Below are positions 19,626-30,020 of a stretch of DNA of 64,000 bases, in pieces. Source of the DNA: a bacterium. Lineage in GTDB: Bacteria > Bdellovibrionota_C > UBA2361 > CALJRW01. The stretch is from contig JANNBC010000011.1 in assembly GCA_031385045.1 (NCBI GenBank), positions 8,210 to 72,209 of the forward strand, in the 5' to 3' direction. Made by a program: the position numbers and the translations under genes. Positions within the stretch are counted from its first letter, which is position 1. Each line of letters begins with the position of its first letter. A model generated the notes under the pieces. The model was not told the DNA's origin, made no database searches, and saw only the letters and a list, made by a program, of their open reading frames with translations.

Positions 19626-19993
19626 CAAAATCTTTAATAGCAAAACCTTCCCTCTTAACAATTCATTGCTTAGGCCTACCCTAATAACTCTTCAAAAGTT
19701 CTTAAAAATACTTTTTAGCACAACTTACTCATAATTTTCTCGATTATCTCCCATCCATAATCGCTACTTATTCTTAGAAGATAAGATCAGCGACTTGAAA
19801 TCTAAATGTAACTGAGTTACAATATGAACAAGAATCATAAGACAACAAACCTCTTAATGAAAGTTAAGTTTTGTATTCAACACGGGCTTTATCTTGACAC
19901 TAGACACGCTTCAGATCGACAGTCGTCAGAAAGACAAATTAATAGATTTGAATATTTTGTTGATTATTACAGCAATTGATTTGGACCTAGAAC

Positions 19994-20446
19994 ATGCTAA
20001 TAAAAACTAAGAAACATCACATCGATCATGGGTTAGGGTTTCCAATTAAACTTTTAAATGTGCCAATGTGCAAAATGAGAGGAGAATGGACACCTGCTAT
20101 TAATTATAACTTGCTTAGTAAATTAGTGCTTCATCAACTCTGCTGTCTGGAAAGCAAGCTAAGTGGCAATCACGTCAGATTTATCAGATTATATTTTGAA
20201 ATGACCCTACAGCAATTTGCTGAGCGTTTTGGAATTACTCACCCTGGCGTTATTAAATGGGAAAATATGAGGGGCGAACCAACTGGCATGACTTGGGCAA
20301 TTGAAAAAGATGTGAGATTATTTATTCTTTGTCGGCTCTCTAAGAAATCAAAAGAGTTAGTGAGTCTTTACCGAACCCTTGAAAAAGTAATTAACAAAAC
20401 TGACTCTATTTATTTAGAAATAGATCTTCGAAAACTGGCGGCATAA
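19994..20446 (+). CDS. hypothetical protein with XRE-like helix-turn-helix
   Basis: 150 aa. MTLQQFAERFGITHPGVIKWEN fits the Cro/C1 HTH pattern. Preceded by about 370 bp of AT-rich non-coding DNA. Confidence 0.45.
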   Translation: MLIKTKKHHIDHGLGFPIKLLNVPMCKMRGEWTPAINYNLLSKLVLHQLCCLESKLSGNHVRFIRLYFEMTLQQFAERFGITHPGVIKWENMRGEPTGMTWAIEKDVRLFILCRLSKKSKELVSLYRTLEKVINKTDSIYLEIDLRKLAA

Positions 20447-20448
20447 AA

Positions 20449-23304
20449 CTACTGCGAACAACTACAAACCAAATTCCGATCTCCATAAGCCGCATCAATC
20501 CGCGCAACAGTTGGCCAGAATTTATAGCTCTTCACAAAACTGGTTGGATAAGCTGCTAGTTCACGAGAGTAAGGATGCTCCCAAACGTTAGCACAAACTT
20601 CCAGCGCTATGTGAGGCGCTGACTTTAAAGGATTATCAGCACGATCTAATTCCCCTGATTTAATATCAGAAATTTCTTTAGAAATTCCAATCATTGCTTC
20701 GCAAAAGCGATTAATTTCCGATAGGCTTTCAGACTCAGTTGGTTCCACCATAATCGTTCCCGGAACTGGCCAAGAGACTGTAGGAGCATGAAAACCATAG
20801 TCCATTAATCGCTTAGCAATGTCTTCCACTTCCACACCAACTTCTTTAAATGATCGACAATCTAAAATACACTCATGCGCTACTAATTTATTTTTACCAC
20901 GATAGAGAACTGGATAAAAACTAGCTAACTTATGTGCCATATAATTAGCACTAAGAATTGCCACCTGAGATGCTTTAACTAAACCTTCAGCTCCCATCAT
21001 GGCGATATAAGCAAGAGAGATGGAAAGAATTGAGGCACTGCCATAAGGCGCAGCCGAAACTGGCCCAAAGCCATCATTACTAAATGCAAGTGGATGTGAT
21101 GGTAAATAATTTCGCAAATGTTCTTTAGCGGCAATTGGCCCCACTCCCGGCCCGCCACCACCATGTGGAATACAAAATGTTTTATGCAAATTAATGTGCA
21201 TGACATCAGCTCCAATTTCTGCTGGATAAGAAAGTCCCACTAGCGCATTAAAATTAGCACCATCTAAATATACTTGCCCGCCATGCTTATGAATTAATTC
21301 ACAGATAATCTTAATGTCTTCTTCAAATACTCCATGAGTGGAAGGATAAGTAACCATTAAGGCAGCTAAATTACTTTGATGTAATTTAGCCTTTACTTCC
21401 AGGTCTACTAAATCAACATTTCCATCATTGTCGCACTCCACTACAATAACTTTTAAACCAGCGATCACGGCACTGGCAGGGTTTGTTCCATGCGCCGACT
21501 TAGGAATTAAGCAGATATCTCGATGAGCTTCTCCCTTAGCATTTAGGAAAGCTTTAATCGCAATTAATCCAGCGAACTCCCCTTGAGAACCAGCATTAGG
21601 TTGTAAGGAAACACAATCAAAACCAGTAATTTCCTCCAAAGACTTCTCTAGAGTTTTAATTAACTCCAAGTAACCAATAGTTTGAGAATCAGGTGCAAAC
21701 GGGTGAATCTTAGAAAATTCTGGCATAGTAACTGGCAACATTTCAGCAGTAGCATTTAATTTCATGGTGCAAGACCCAAGTGGGATCATTGCTGTTGCTA
21801 AAGATAAATCCTTTGTCTCTAATCTTTTGGCGTAACGCAAAAATTCAGTTTCAGTATGATAGGCATTAAAGACAGATTCTTTTAAATACTGATCACTTCT
21901 GCTTAAGGAAAAACCAAGTTGCTCGTTGGCAAAAATTGATTCAATTTCTTTTAGTGATATTTCCTTTTTAATTAGAACTTTAATTAATTCTTGAAGATCT
22001 TCGGCCGAAGTTGTTTCATCAAGTGCAATAATAATGGAACCCTTTTTCCAAAGACCTAAATTGATATTTAATGCTGCTGCCCTAGCAAGCATCTCCGGAT
22101 TGGCATCAATTTCAATCGTATCAAAAAATTCTTTTTGCTTAATGGCAATTCCATTTTGCCCTAAAACTTGTGCTAATGTTTTTGTTAAGCGATGTACCCG
22201 CGAGGCAATTGCTTTTAAGCCAGCTGGACCATGATAAGTTGCGTACATAACTGACATAATTGCCAGTAGTACTTGCGCCGTACAAATATTACTAGTCGCC
22301 TTATCCCTACGAATATGTTGCTCACGAGTTTGTAAAGATAATCTAAGTGCCGGATTACCTAAGCGATCCTTAGAAACACCAATTAATCTTCCAGGAATTA
22401 ATCTTTGAAACTCGGTCTTACAAGCAATAAAACCTGCGTGCGGGCCACCAAACCCCATTGGCACACCAAAGCGTTGTGCTGAACCAACAGCGATATCCGC
22501 TCCTAATTTTCCAGGAGACTCTAATAAACAAAGCGCTAACAGATCTGTACCAACGGTAATAAAACATCCGGCATTCTTTGCCGTGGTAATAAATTTACGA
22601 TAATCAACAACCCCACCATGACTAGCAGGGTACTGTAAGTAACAACCAAAGACTTCTTGAAACTCAGAAAACATTTGATAATCGGCAACTTCTAATTCAA
22701 TTCCTAGACTCGTAGCTCTAGTTTGAATTACAGCCAGCGTTTGTGGAAAAACATTTTGATCAACAAAATACTTACGAACGTTAGGATTATTTTTCCCATA
22801 AAGATTATAGGACATATACATAGCCTCAGCCGCGGCAGTGCCCTCATCTAGAAGTGAAGCATTAGAAATCTCTAAGCCTGTTAAACTCATAATCATTGTT
22901 TGAAAATTTAACAATGCTTCTAAGCGACCCTGAGAAATCTCTGGCTGATAGGGAGTATACTGTGTATACCAACTTGGATTTTCTAAAATGTTTCTCTGAA
23001 TTACTGCAGGAATAACTGTATCATAATACCCGCAACCAATATAACTTTTGCCAATAATGTTTTTCTTAGCAAGTGATTGAAAGTATGCCAAACATTCAGC
23101 TTCCGACAGAGGCTCGGAAAAAGTACTAAGCTTTAAATCTTTGGAAACTCGAATCTGATTAGGGATAACTTTAGTAATAAAATCATTTAAGGTTTGATAC
23201 CCAAGTTCTTTTAGTAGAACATTAATCTCAGAATCACTAAGACCAAGATGTCGATTTGCAAAGATATCCGTTGTCTTAGTTGATGATTGTTGTTCAATTC
23301 CCAT
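20449..23304 (-). CDS. gcvP: glycine dehydrogenase (decarboxylating), single-chain P protein
   Basis: 951 aa. Conserved PLP-lysine region and full-length collinearity with single-chain GcvP. Confidence 0.95.
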   Translation of the reverse strand: MGIEQQSSTKTTDIFANRHLGLSDSEINVLLKELGYQTLNDFITKVIPNQIRVSKDLKLSTFSEPLSEAECLAYFQSLAKKNIIGKSYIGCGYYDTVIPAVIQRNILENPSWYTQYTPYQPEISQGRLEALLNFQTMIMSLTGLEISNASLLDEGTAAAEAMYMSYNLYGKNNPNVRKYFVDQNVFPQTLAVIQTRATSLGIELEVADYQMFSEFQEVFGCYLQYPASHGGVVDYRKFITTAKNAGCFITVGTDLLALCLLESPGKLGADIAVGSAQRFGVPMGFGGPHAGFIACKTEFQRLIPGRLIGVSKDRLGNPALRLSLQTREQHIRRDKATSNICTAQVLLAIMSVMYATYHGPAGLKAIASRVHRLTKTLAQVLGQNGIAIKQKEFFDTIEIDANPEMLARAAALNINLGLWKKGSIIIALDETTSAEDLQELIKVLIKKEISLKEIESIFANEQLGFSLSRSDQYLKESVFNAYHTETEFLRYAKRLETKDLSLATAMIPLGSCTMKLNATAEMLPVTMPEFSKIHPFAPDSQTIGYLELIKTLEKSLEEITGFDCVSLQPNAGSQGEFAGLIAIKAFLNAKGEAHRDICLIPKSAHGTNPASAVIAGLKVIVVECDNDGNVDLVDLEVKAKLHQSNLAALMVTYPSTHGVFEEDIKIICELIHKHGGQVYLDGANFNALVGLSYPAEIGADVMHINLHKTFCIPHGGGGPGVGPIAAKEHLRNYLPSHPLAFSNDGFGPVSAAPYGSASILSISLAYIAMMGAEGLVKASQVAILSANYMAHKLASFYPVLYRGKNKLVAHECILDCRSFKEVGVEVEDIAKRLMDYGFHAPTVSWPVPGTIMVEPTESESLSEINRFCEAMIGISKEISDIKSGELDRADNPLKSAPHIALEVCANVWEHPYSRELAAYPTSFVKSYKFWPTVARIDAAYGDRNLVCSCSQ

Positions 23305-23361
23305 AATTATTATTGGCTAAATATCTAAATTAAAGTTTTCTCTATCCTCACACTAGTGAGC

Positions 23362-23742
23362 TTAAGCATGTGTAAGTTTGGCGTATTCTTCAGCTGACAT
23401 AAGTTTAGCAACTTCTACTTCCGAAATATTTTCCAACTCAAAAATCCAAGCAGCGCTATGGGGATCTGAATTTAGTAAATTAGGCTGGTCGTTTAATTCT
23501 TGATTAACGCTAACAACTTTCCCAGAAATAGGCGCGTAGACATCAGAAGCCGCCTTTGTAGATTCCACAACACAGGCGGGACTCCCAGCATGCAGTTCCT
23601 TGCCAATAGCAGGAAGTTCCACATAAACAACCTCACCTAATTCCGACTGAGCAAAATAGGTAATCCCAATTCTAGCTACGCCATTTTCCAGCAACACCCA
23701 CTCATGATCTTTAGTATACTTATAATTTGTTGGATAATTCAT
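23362..23742 (-). CDS. gcvH: glycine cleavage system H protein
   Basis: The lipoyl-lysine motif ESTKAAS is present. I trimmed the ORF-track N-terminus to the Met of MNYPTNYKYTKDHEWV, because the longer ORF would overlap the ald stop. Confidence 0.9.
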   Translation of the reverse strand: MNYPTNYKYTKDHEWVLLENGVARIGITYFAQSELGEVVYVELPAIGKELHAGSPACVVESTKAASDVYAPISGKVVSVNQELNDQPNLLNSDPHSAAWIFELENISEVEVAKLMSAEEYAKLTHA

Positions 23743-23747
23743 AATAT

Positions 23748-24857
23748 CTACTCCAAAACTAAATCTACACATTCTAAATTAAGCGCATGGGCAACTTCCA
23801 AGTTACAGATTTGCCCACCATAAGTATTCACAGCTTTCATTAATTCAGGCGTAGCTTTTAAGGCTTCCGTTAAACCTAAATCAGCAATCTTCTGAACATA
23901 AGGAAGTGTTACTTTTGTTAAAGCCTTAGTTGAAGTTCGCGCAACTTGCGATGGCATATTTGGAACGCCATAATGAATCACTCCAGCTTCAACATAAGTT
24001 GGATGCTCCAAGCTAGTTGTCTTAATTGTTTCCGCAGCTCCACCTTGGTCAATAGAAATATCAATCAGGACTGAACCTTCTTGCATTAACCCTACCTGCT
24101 CTTTAGTTAATACTCGTGGAGCTTTTGCTCCAGGAATTAGCACAGCTAAGATCATCACATCAGTTTCGGGACATAACTTAGAAATATTTTCTGGAGTAGA
24201 TTGGTAAGTCTTTAAGCGATCTCCATAACGACTAGCTAAATCAGCTAAGCGTGCTTCATTAATATCTAAGACATGAACCCTAGCTCCCATCCCATAGGCT
24301 ACTTCAACCGCAGCCTGACCCGCAATTCCAGCACCAATCACGGTTACTTCCCCAGGAGAAACTGTATTTGTTCCCCCTAGCAGGACTCCCCGCCCACCTT
24401 TTTGTGTCAAAATTAAATGCGCTCCAAGTTGCACCGCAAGTTTTCCAGCAACCTCGCTCATTGGCTCCAAAAGCGGTAGTCGCCCATCAGGCATTTGAAC
24501 TAATTCATAACTAATTCCTGTCATCCCTGACTTAACTAGTTCCTTGGCAACTTCTGGTAATCCAGCCAAATGTAGATAATCAAAAATTACTAAATCTTTG
24601 CGAAAATATTGATATTCTTCCGGAGCTGGCTCTTTCACCTTTACTAATAATTCGGCTCGCTTCCAGCACTCCTCAAGTGTTGAAACAACTTCACAACCAA
24701 CATCTAAATAATCTTGATTTGTGAAAAAAGAGCCTAGGCCCGCATCTTTCTCAATTAAAACTTTATGCCCTGTAAGAATTAACTGCCTTGCTCCATAGGG
24801 AGTGATCGCGACTCTTTTCTCTAGGGTTTTTCTTTCTCTCGGTACGGAAATGATCAT
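23748..24857 (-). CDS. ald: alanine dehydrogenase
   Basis: 369 aa. AlaDH/PNT N-terminal domain and a Rossmann GAGIAGQAA. The size fits Ald rather than transhydrogenase alpha. Confidence 0.85.
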   Translation of the reverse strand: MIISVPRERKTLEKRVAITPYGARQLILTGHKVLIEKDAGLGSFFTNQDYLDVGCEVVSTLEECWKRAELLVKVKEPAPEEYQYFRKDLVIFDYLHLAGLPEVAKELVKSGMTGISYELVQMPDGRLPLLEPMSEVAGKLAVQLGAHLILTQKGGRGVLLGGTNTVSPGEVTVIGAGIAGQAAVEVAYGMGARVHVLDINEARLADLASRYGDRLKTYQSTPENISKLCPETDVMILAVLIPGAKAPRVLTKEQVGLMQEGSVLIDISIDQGGAAETIKTTSLEHPTYVEAGVIHYGVPNMPSQVARTSTKALTKVTLPYVQKIADLGLTEALKATPELMKAVNTYGGQICNLEVAHALNLECVDLVLE

Positions 24858-24966
24858 TGTAATTTTTTTTTTAATTAGTAAGATTAGGCTGATAGGATAA
24901 TATTGAAAATATTCCCAATGATTTAACGAGTATTGTCAATCCGCCTACGCTAAAGCTTTGGCGCAT

Positions 24967-25013
24967 AATTATTACACCCAGTTAGTCGAAACGACTAACT
25001 GGGTGTAATAATT
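24967..25013. other. 47-nt perfect inverted repeat (22-bp stem, AAA loop) in the ald/folD divergent spacer
   Basis: AATTATTACACCCAGTTAGTCG-AAA-CGACTAACTGGGTGTAATAATT. It ends 25 nt upstream of the folD start codon. Its architecture is the same as the hairpin next to tRNA-fMet, but the sequence differs. Confidence 0.6.
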
Positions 25014-25038
25014 AAAAACCTTTAACTAATAAGTCAAC

Positions 25039-25962
25039 ATGAAGTTTAATAAAGATAAAAATAATTTTAAGAAATTAAGTGGCAACTGGTTGTCTAGTAT
25101 TTTGCAAGCTGAAATACTAGAAGAAGTTCAGCAACTTAAGACTAAAAAAGGACGCGTCCCCGGACTTGGAGTAATTTTAGTTGGCAATAATCCCGCATCC
25201 CTTTCTTATGTCAAACGTAAAAGTATGGTTGCTGAGCAACAATGTGGCTTTATTACTAAAGATCTAAACTTAGCTGATAACTGTACTGAAGCTGAACTCT
25301 CCGAGGCAATTAAAAAGTTTAATCAAGATCCAGAAATAGATGGAATTCTCTTACAACTTCCACTACCAAGACACCTTTCGGCAAATAAATTTATTGATCA
25401 GATTGATCCTAGAAAAGATGCCGATGCGCTTCACCCCTTAAACCAAGGGATTATGTTTCGGGGGGAAGGATATTTAAAACCTTGTACACCACTTGGCTCA
25501 ATGGCGCTAATTGATCTAGCCTATTCTAAGTTTGAATCTGATCAAGCTAATGTTAAATTCTCAGATATTCCCGAAGTAGATTTAAAAGGTAAGACTGCTG
25601 TTATTATCGGCCGTTCAATTTTAGTTGGGAAACCACTTCACTCCCTACTTCTAAATCGTGACTGCACAGTAATTCAAGCTCACTCTAAAACAGGAAATAT
25701 CGCGGAAGTGTGTAAACAAGCAGATATTATTTTAGCTGCCGCTGGCGTACCACAATTAGTTAAGGCTTCGTGGATTAAAAAAGGTGCTGTTGTGATTGAT
25801 GTTGGAATTAATCGTAACCCAGAAGGATTTTTAATTGGAGATGTGGACTTTGAAGAAGTTGCCCCTCTCTCCTCTGCAATTACTCCTGTCCCTGGTGGAG
25901 TCGGTCCAATGACAGTCGCAATGTTAATGAAAAACACTCTAGAAATTTACAAAAGACAGTAA
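25039..25962 (+). CDS. folD: bifunctional methylene-THF dehydrogenase / methenyl-THF cyclohydrolase
   Basis: 307 aa. GRVPGLGVILVGNNPASLSYVKRK substrate block and C-terminal NAD(P) Rossmann. The N-terminus is about 20 aa longer than usual, so the start is uncertain. Confidence 0.9.
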   Translation: MKFNKDKNNFKKLSGNWLSSILQAEILEEVQQLKTKKGRVPGLGVILVGNNPASLSYVKRKSMVAEQQCGFITKDLNLADNCTEAELSEAIKKFNQDPEIDGILLQLPLPRHLSANKFIDQIDPRKDADALHPLNQGIMFRGEGYLKPCTPLGSMALIDLAYSKFESDQANVKFSDIPEVDLKGKTAVIIGRSILVGKPLHSLLLNRDCTVIQAHSKTGNIAEVCKQADIILAAAGVPQLVKASWIKKGAVVIDVGINRNPEGFLIGDVDFEEVAPLSSAITPVPGGVGPMTVAMLMKNTLEIYKRQ

Positions 25963-27056
25963 TGACTATCCAAAGAACTCCGCTTTACACCGAACATCTA
26001 AAACTTAAAGCCCAGATGGTTCCTTTTGCTGGTTGGGAAATGCCAGTTAGCTATTCAGGAATCATTGCCGAGCATCAAGCTTGTCGACAATCAGCAGGAC
26101 TATTTGATGTTAGCCACATGGGTGAAATCTTAGTCTCTGGAGCTCAGGCTGAAGAAACTTTACAATATCTCTGCTGTAATGATCTAACTAAAATTAAAGA
26201 TGGGCAAGCTCAATATTCAGCTTTCTTAAATCCTAACGGCGGTGTTATCGACGACCTAATTATTTACCGTTTTAATTCTACTAAATTCCTTCTTTGCGTT
26301 AATGCTTCTAATGCCGAGAATGACTATCAGTGGATGCTTACTCATAATAAATACCAGGCAGAGATTTTAAACCTGAGTAATTTTTACGGACAAATTGCTA
26401 TCCAAGGCCCAAAGGCTGAAGCAATTCTAATAAAACTTTTTCCAACTGCTTCGGAATTAAAATACTTTCACTTCTTAGAAACTAACTGGCTAGATCGCCC
26501 AGTGCTAATTGCGAGAACTGGCTACACCGGAGAAGATGGCTTTGAAGTATACTTGCAAGCGGAACACACAGCTAAACTTTGGACTGAGTTACTAGAACTT
26601 GGTGGAGCAGACATTACACCTTGTGGTTTAGGCGCTAGAGACACATTAAGACTAGAAGCTTCCTATCCTCTGCATGGTCATGAATTAACACCAGAGACCC
26701 CTGCTCTCTCTTCAGGACTAGCTTGGATTATAAAATTTAATAAGCCAAACTTTATTGGCAAAGATGCCTTAGTTAAATACAAAGAATCAAACTATCCAAG
26801 ACTCACTGGCCTGGAATTACTAGAACCAGGAATTGCTCGTGAAGGAACTAAAGTTTTCAACGGAGCAGGAGTTGATATTGGACACTTAACTAGTGGCACA
26901 AAAACACCAACACTTAATAAAGCAATTGCCTTAGGAATTATCGATGCCAAAGAATCTGAACTTGGAAATGAAGTCTTCCTAGATATTCGTGGACGTAAAG
27001 TTAAAGCAATTGTTAGGAAGCTACCTTTCTATCAAAAATCCCCGAACCAGTCATAA
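25962..27056 (+). CDS. gcvT: glycine cleavage system aminomethyltransferase T
   Basis: 364 aa. N-terminus RTPLYTEHLKLKAQMVPFAGWEMPVSY is canonical GcvT. Start overlaps the folD stop (TAATG). Confidence 0.9.
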   Translation: MTIQRTPLYTEHLKLKAQMVPFAGWEMPVSYSGIIAEHQACRQSAGLFDVSHMGEILVSGAQAEETLQYLCCNDLTKIKDGQAQYSAFLNPNGGVIDDLIIYRFNSTKFLLCVNASNAENDYQWMLTHNKYQAEILNLSNFYGQIAIQGPKAEAILIKLFPTASELKYFHFLETNWLDRPVLIARTGYTGEDGFEVYLQAEHTAKLWTELLELGGADITPCGLGARDTLRLEASYPLHGHELTPETPALSSGLAWIIKFNKPNFIGKDALVKYKESNYPRLTGLELLEPGIAREGTKVFNGAGVDIGHLTSGTKTPTLNKAIALGIIDAKESELGNEVFLDIRGRKVKAIVRKLPFYQKSPNQS

Positions 27057-27123
27057 TAACGATCGTTCTAATCTAAGTAAAATTCACTTGACTGAATTTT
27101 ACTCACGAGTATAATTCAGTCAT

Positions 27124-28251
27124 ATGAATATTACTCGTTCTCTAAAAAAGCCAATTACAACTGATTTAAAAGATAAGATCGTGTTAATTGGAGGACCTAG
27201 GCAGGTTGGAAAAACAACACTAGCCAAAACATTTATTCAGAAGAATGAACAATATTTAAACTGGGATGACTTAGAAGATCGTCAAATACTAAAAACTCAT
27301 CAAATCGATCCAAAACTAAAAATCGTTATTCTGGATGAAATTCATAAATATGCCAGATGGAGAACACTCTTAAAAGGTTTATATGATAAGTATAAGCAGG
27401 AACTAAAAATCATCGTAACTGGATCAGCAAAACTTGATCATTTCAGAAAAGGTGGAGATTCTCTTTTCGGTCGTTTTTTTTACTATCGGCTTCATCCCTT
27501 AACTCTAGCTGAAGTAGATCCTAAACTTCAAACTCAAACTCAAACTCTGGAACGCCTAATTAAATTTGGTGGATTTCCAGAACCATTTATTAAAGCGGAT
27601 CAAGATTTTCACCGCAGATGGCAAAGGGAGCGAATTAGCCGAGTTATAAAACAAGACCTAAGCGATCTAAGTCATGTTAACGAAATTTCCTTACTAGAAC
27701 TTTTAGTTGATGCTCTTCCACAACGAGTTGGCTCCCCCTTATCAATTAAAAGCCTACAAGAAGATCTAGAGGTTTCACCAAATACTGTTTCTAGATGGAT
27801 CAGTCTCTTAGAAGAAATCTATTACTGTTATCGGATTATTCCCTATGGCCCACCAAAAATCAGGGCAGTTAAAAAAACTAATAAACTATATCTCTGGGAC
27901 TGGTCAGAAGTGCAAGATGTTGGAGCACGCAATGAGAACCTAATTGCTTCGCACCTTTTGAAGTACTGTCACTATCAGGAAGATACCAAAGGCTTCAAAA
28001 TGGAACTTCGCTATTTAAAAGATGTTGATGGAAAAGAAATAGACTTTGTAGTCATAAAAGATAAGAAACCAATCTTTGCTGTAGAATGTAAAACTGGGGA
28101 ATCAAATATCTCTAAAAATCTCTTCTATTTTCAAGAAAGAACCGAAATCCCTAAGTTTTACCAAGTTCATTTTGGTCAGAAACAATACCAAAATAAAAAT
28201 ATAATGGTTTTGCCATTTGCTGAATTCTGCAGGATTGAAAAAATTCCCTAG
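27124..28251 (+). CDS. AAA+ ATPase with C-terminal DUF4143 domain (divergent paralog)
   Basis: 375 aa. P-loop LIGGPRQVGKTTLA and the IIVTGSAKLDHFRKGGDSLFGRF block. Confidence 0.75.
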   Translation: MNITRSLKKPITTDLKDKIVLIGGPRQVGKTTLAKTFIQKNEQYLNWDDLEDRQILKTHQIDPKLKIVILDEIHKYARWRTLLKGLYDKYKQELKIIVTGSAKLDHFRKGGDSLFGRFFYYRLHPLTLAEVDPKLQTQTQTLERLIKFGGFPEPFIKADQDFHRRWQRERISRVIKQDLSDLSHVNEISLLELLVDALPQRVGSPLSIKSLQEDLEVSPNTVSRWISLLEEIYYCYRIIPYGPPKIRAVKKTNKLYLWDWSEVQDVGARNENLIASHLLKYCHYQEDTKGFKMELRYLKDVDGKEIDFVVIKDKKPIFAVECKTGESNISKNLFYFQERTEIPKFYQVHFGQKQYQNKNIMVLPFAEFCRIEKIP

Positions 28252-28354
28252 ATCCTAATTGCCTGTATTTACTAGTAATGATTTTTATTACTTGAAAAAT
28301 TAGGCTGTATAGGCTAGTATTTCATGAAATACAACATGTTGCACGTCAAATATC

Positions 28355-29494
28355 ATGTACATTAGAAGAATACTAAATCTCGAAAAAACTCTACAAAGAA
28401 AATCCTGCTTCCTACTGGGACCAAGGCAAACAGGCAAAACTAGTCTGATTAAAGAAACATATCAGGATGCAAAATATTATAACCTACTAGAAGTAGAAAC
28501 TTTTCGAGCACTTAGTCAAAAACCAGGCTTGATCAAAGCTGAACTAAGCCCCAAAGATCAATTAATAATCATTGATGAAATCCAAAAACTTCCGGAATTA
28601 TTAGATGAAGTGCAACTAATTACTCAAAGTTCCTCTGTAAAATTTTTACTAACTGGATCTAGTGCCAGAAAATTGAAACGTGCCGGAGTAAATCTTTTAG
28701 GTGGGCGAGCAAAATCAATTAACTTGCATCCTCTAGTCAAAATTGAACTTAAAGATCAATTTAACTTAAACCAAGCTTTACAAAAAGGACTACTACCCTC
28801 GATTTATTTTTCAGATGATTACTACTCAGACTTAAAGGATTATATTGAGTTATACCTAAAAGAAGAAATCGCTATTGAAACTCAAATCAGAAATCTCTCT
28901 AATTTTTCTCGTTTTCTAGATATAGCGGCTCTTTACAATTCACAAATAATTAATTTCACAAATATAGCTAATGATGCACAAGTAGCTCCAAGCTCCGTTA
29001 AAGAGTATTTTCAAGTTCTAGTTGATACTCTCATAGCTAATCGCTTACCAGCTTGGACTAAATCAAAAAAAAGAAAGGCATATTCATCTGATAAATTTTA
29101 TTTCTTCGATATTGGTGTAACTAGGTACCTTCAAGGTAGAAAAACTCTTGATCGCAACTCTAGTGATTTCGGTGAAGCCTTAGAAAGTTATCTTTTTCAT
29201 GAACTATCCACTTATTGTGATTATGTTTCTGGAGATAATCTAGCTTACTGGAGATCCACGTCTGGATATGAAGTTGACTTCCTACTTGGAGAACATACTG
29301 CCATAGAAATTAAAGCGACCGAAAGAGTTGTATCCAAGGATCTAAAAGGGCTTTTAGCCTTGAAAGAGGAAAGCATTTTCAAAAATTATCTTTTGGTTAG
29401 CCTAGATACTCGAGAACGCAGAGAAGCTGGGGTAGAAATTCTTCATTTAAATACTTTCCTGAGTCGACTTTGGAATAATGATTTTAGCGATTAA
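28355..29494 (+). CDS. AAA+ ATPase with C-terminal DUF4143 domain (close paralog of 7117..8286)
   Basis: 379 aa. P-loop LLGPRQTGKTSL and FLLTGSSARKLKRAGVNLLGGRA, nearly identical in pattern to the 7117 gene. Confidence 0.8.
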   Translation: MYIRRILNLEKTLQRKSCFLLGPRQTGKTSLIKETYQDAKYYNLLEVETFRALSQKPGLIKAELSPKDQLIIIDEIQKLPELLDEVQLITQSSSVKFLLTGSSARKLKRAGVNLLGGRAKSINLHPLVKIELKDQFNLNQALQKGLLPSIYFSDDYYSDLKDYIELYLKEEIAIETQIRNLSNFSRFLDIAALYNSQIINFTNIANDAQVAPSSVKEYFQVLVDTLIANRLPAWTKSKKRKAYSSDKFYFFDIGVTRYLQGRKTLDRNSSDFGEALESYLFHELSTYCDYVSGDNLAYWRSTSGYEVDFLLGEHTAIEIKATERVVSKDLKGLLALKEESIFKNYLLVSLDTRERREAGVEILHLNTFLSRLWNNDFSD

Positions 29495-29497
29495 ATG

Positions 29498-29538
29498 AGA
29501 AAAGCCCCTTAAATTGTTTCCAACCTAAGGGGCTTTCT
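29498..29538. terminator. bidirectional intrinsic terminator between convergent genes
   Basis: GAAAAGCCCCTTA ... TAAGGGGCTTTC, an 11-12 bp GC-containing stem flanked by A-run and T-run. It sits between the stop of the 28355 ATPase gene and the stop of minE. Confidence 0.65.
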
Positions 29539-29558
29539 AATTAGTCTTCTGAAAAGAC

Positions 29559-29906
29559 CTAAGCTACAGGAGCAGCTTCTGCAGTTGCTGTCGCAAGTTC
29601 TTCTTTCTTATTTTTTTTGGTAGACGTAGCCTCAACTTCAATCTTCTTACGCGCCTTACGAACTACTACTGGGGAATTAATCACTAGAGCAGTCTCTTCA
29701 TCTTCTCGCTTATAAGAGATATCAAAACCATCTTTCTCAATTTCGAAATATTTTTCGATCACCTGAACTAACTCTTCTTTAAACGAAGCCATTTCTTCAC
29801 TGTTTAATCCAGTGCGGTCTTGAACCAACACGAAATGTAATCTGCTCTTGGCTGTCTGATTGCTACTAGCTGCACTGCCAAAAATTTTCTGCCATAAAGT
29901 AATCAT
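29559..29906 (-). CDS. minE: cell division topological specificity factor MinE with extended C-terminal tail
   Basis: N-terminus AKSRLHFVLVQDRTGL matches the MinE anti-MinCD region. 115 aa versus about 85-90 typical. The extra tail is Lys/Ala/Glu-rich. Confidence 0.85.
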   Translation of the reverse strand: MITLWQKIFGSAASSNQTAKSRLHFVLVQDRTGLNSEEMASFKEELVQVIEKYFEIEKDGFDISYKREDEETALVINSPVVVRKARKKIEVEATSTKKNKKEELATATAEAAPVA

Positions 29907-30020
29907 TTGAAACCCCTTAAATAATTATCCGAACGCTAATCAAAGTTTGAATAGCTAAAAAACAACTCGCTAAACAATGATAAATTTTAGTATTTATCAG
30001 GTAGCTGTTAACTCTCTATT

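Noticed and set aside
23362-23772. Longer gcvH ORF (136 aa) overlapping the ald stop
   Set aside because: The N-terminal 10 aa (MCRFSFGVDI) are not GcvH-like and would overlap ald. The internal Met at MNYPTNYKYTKDHEWV gives a canonical GcvH start.
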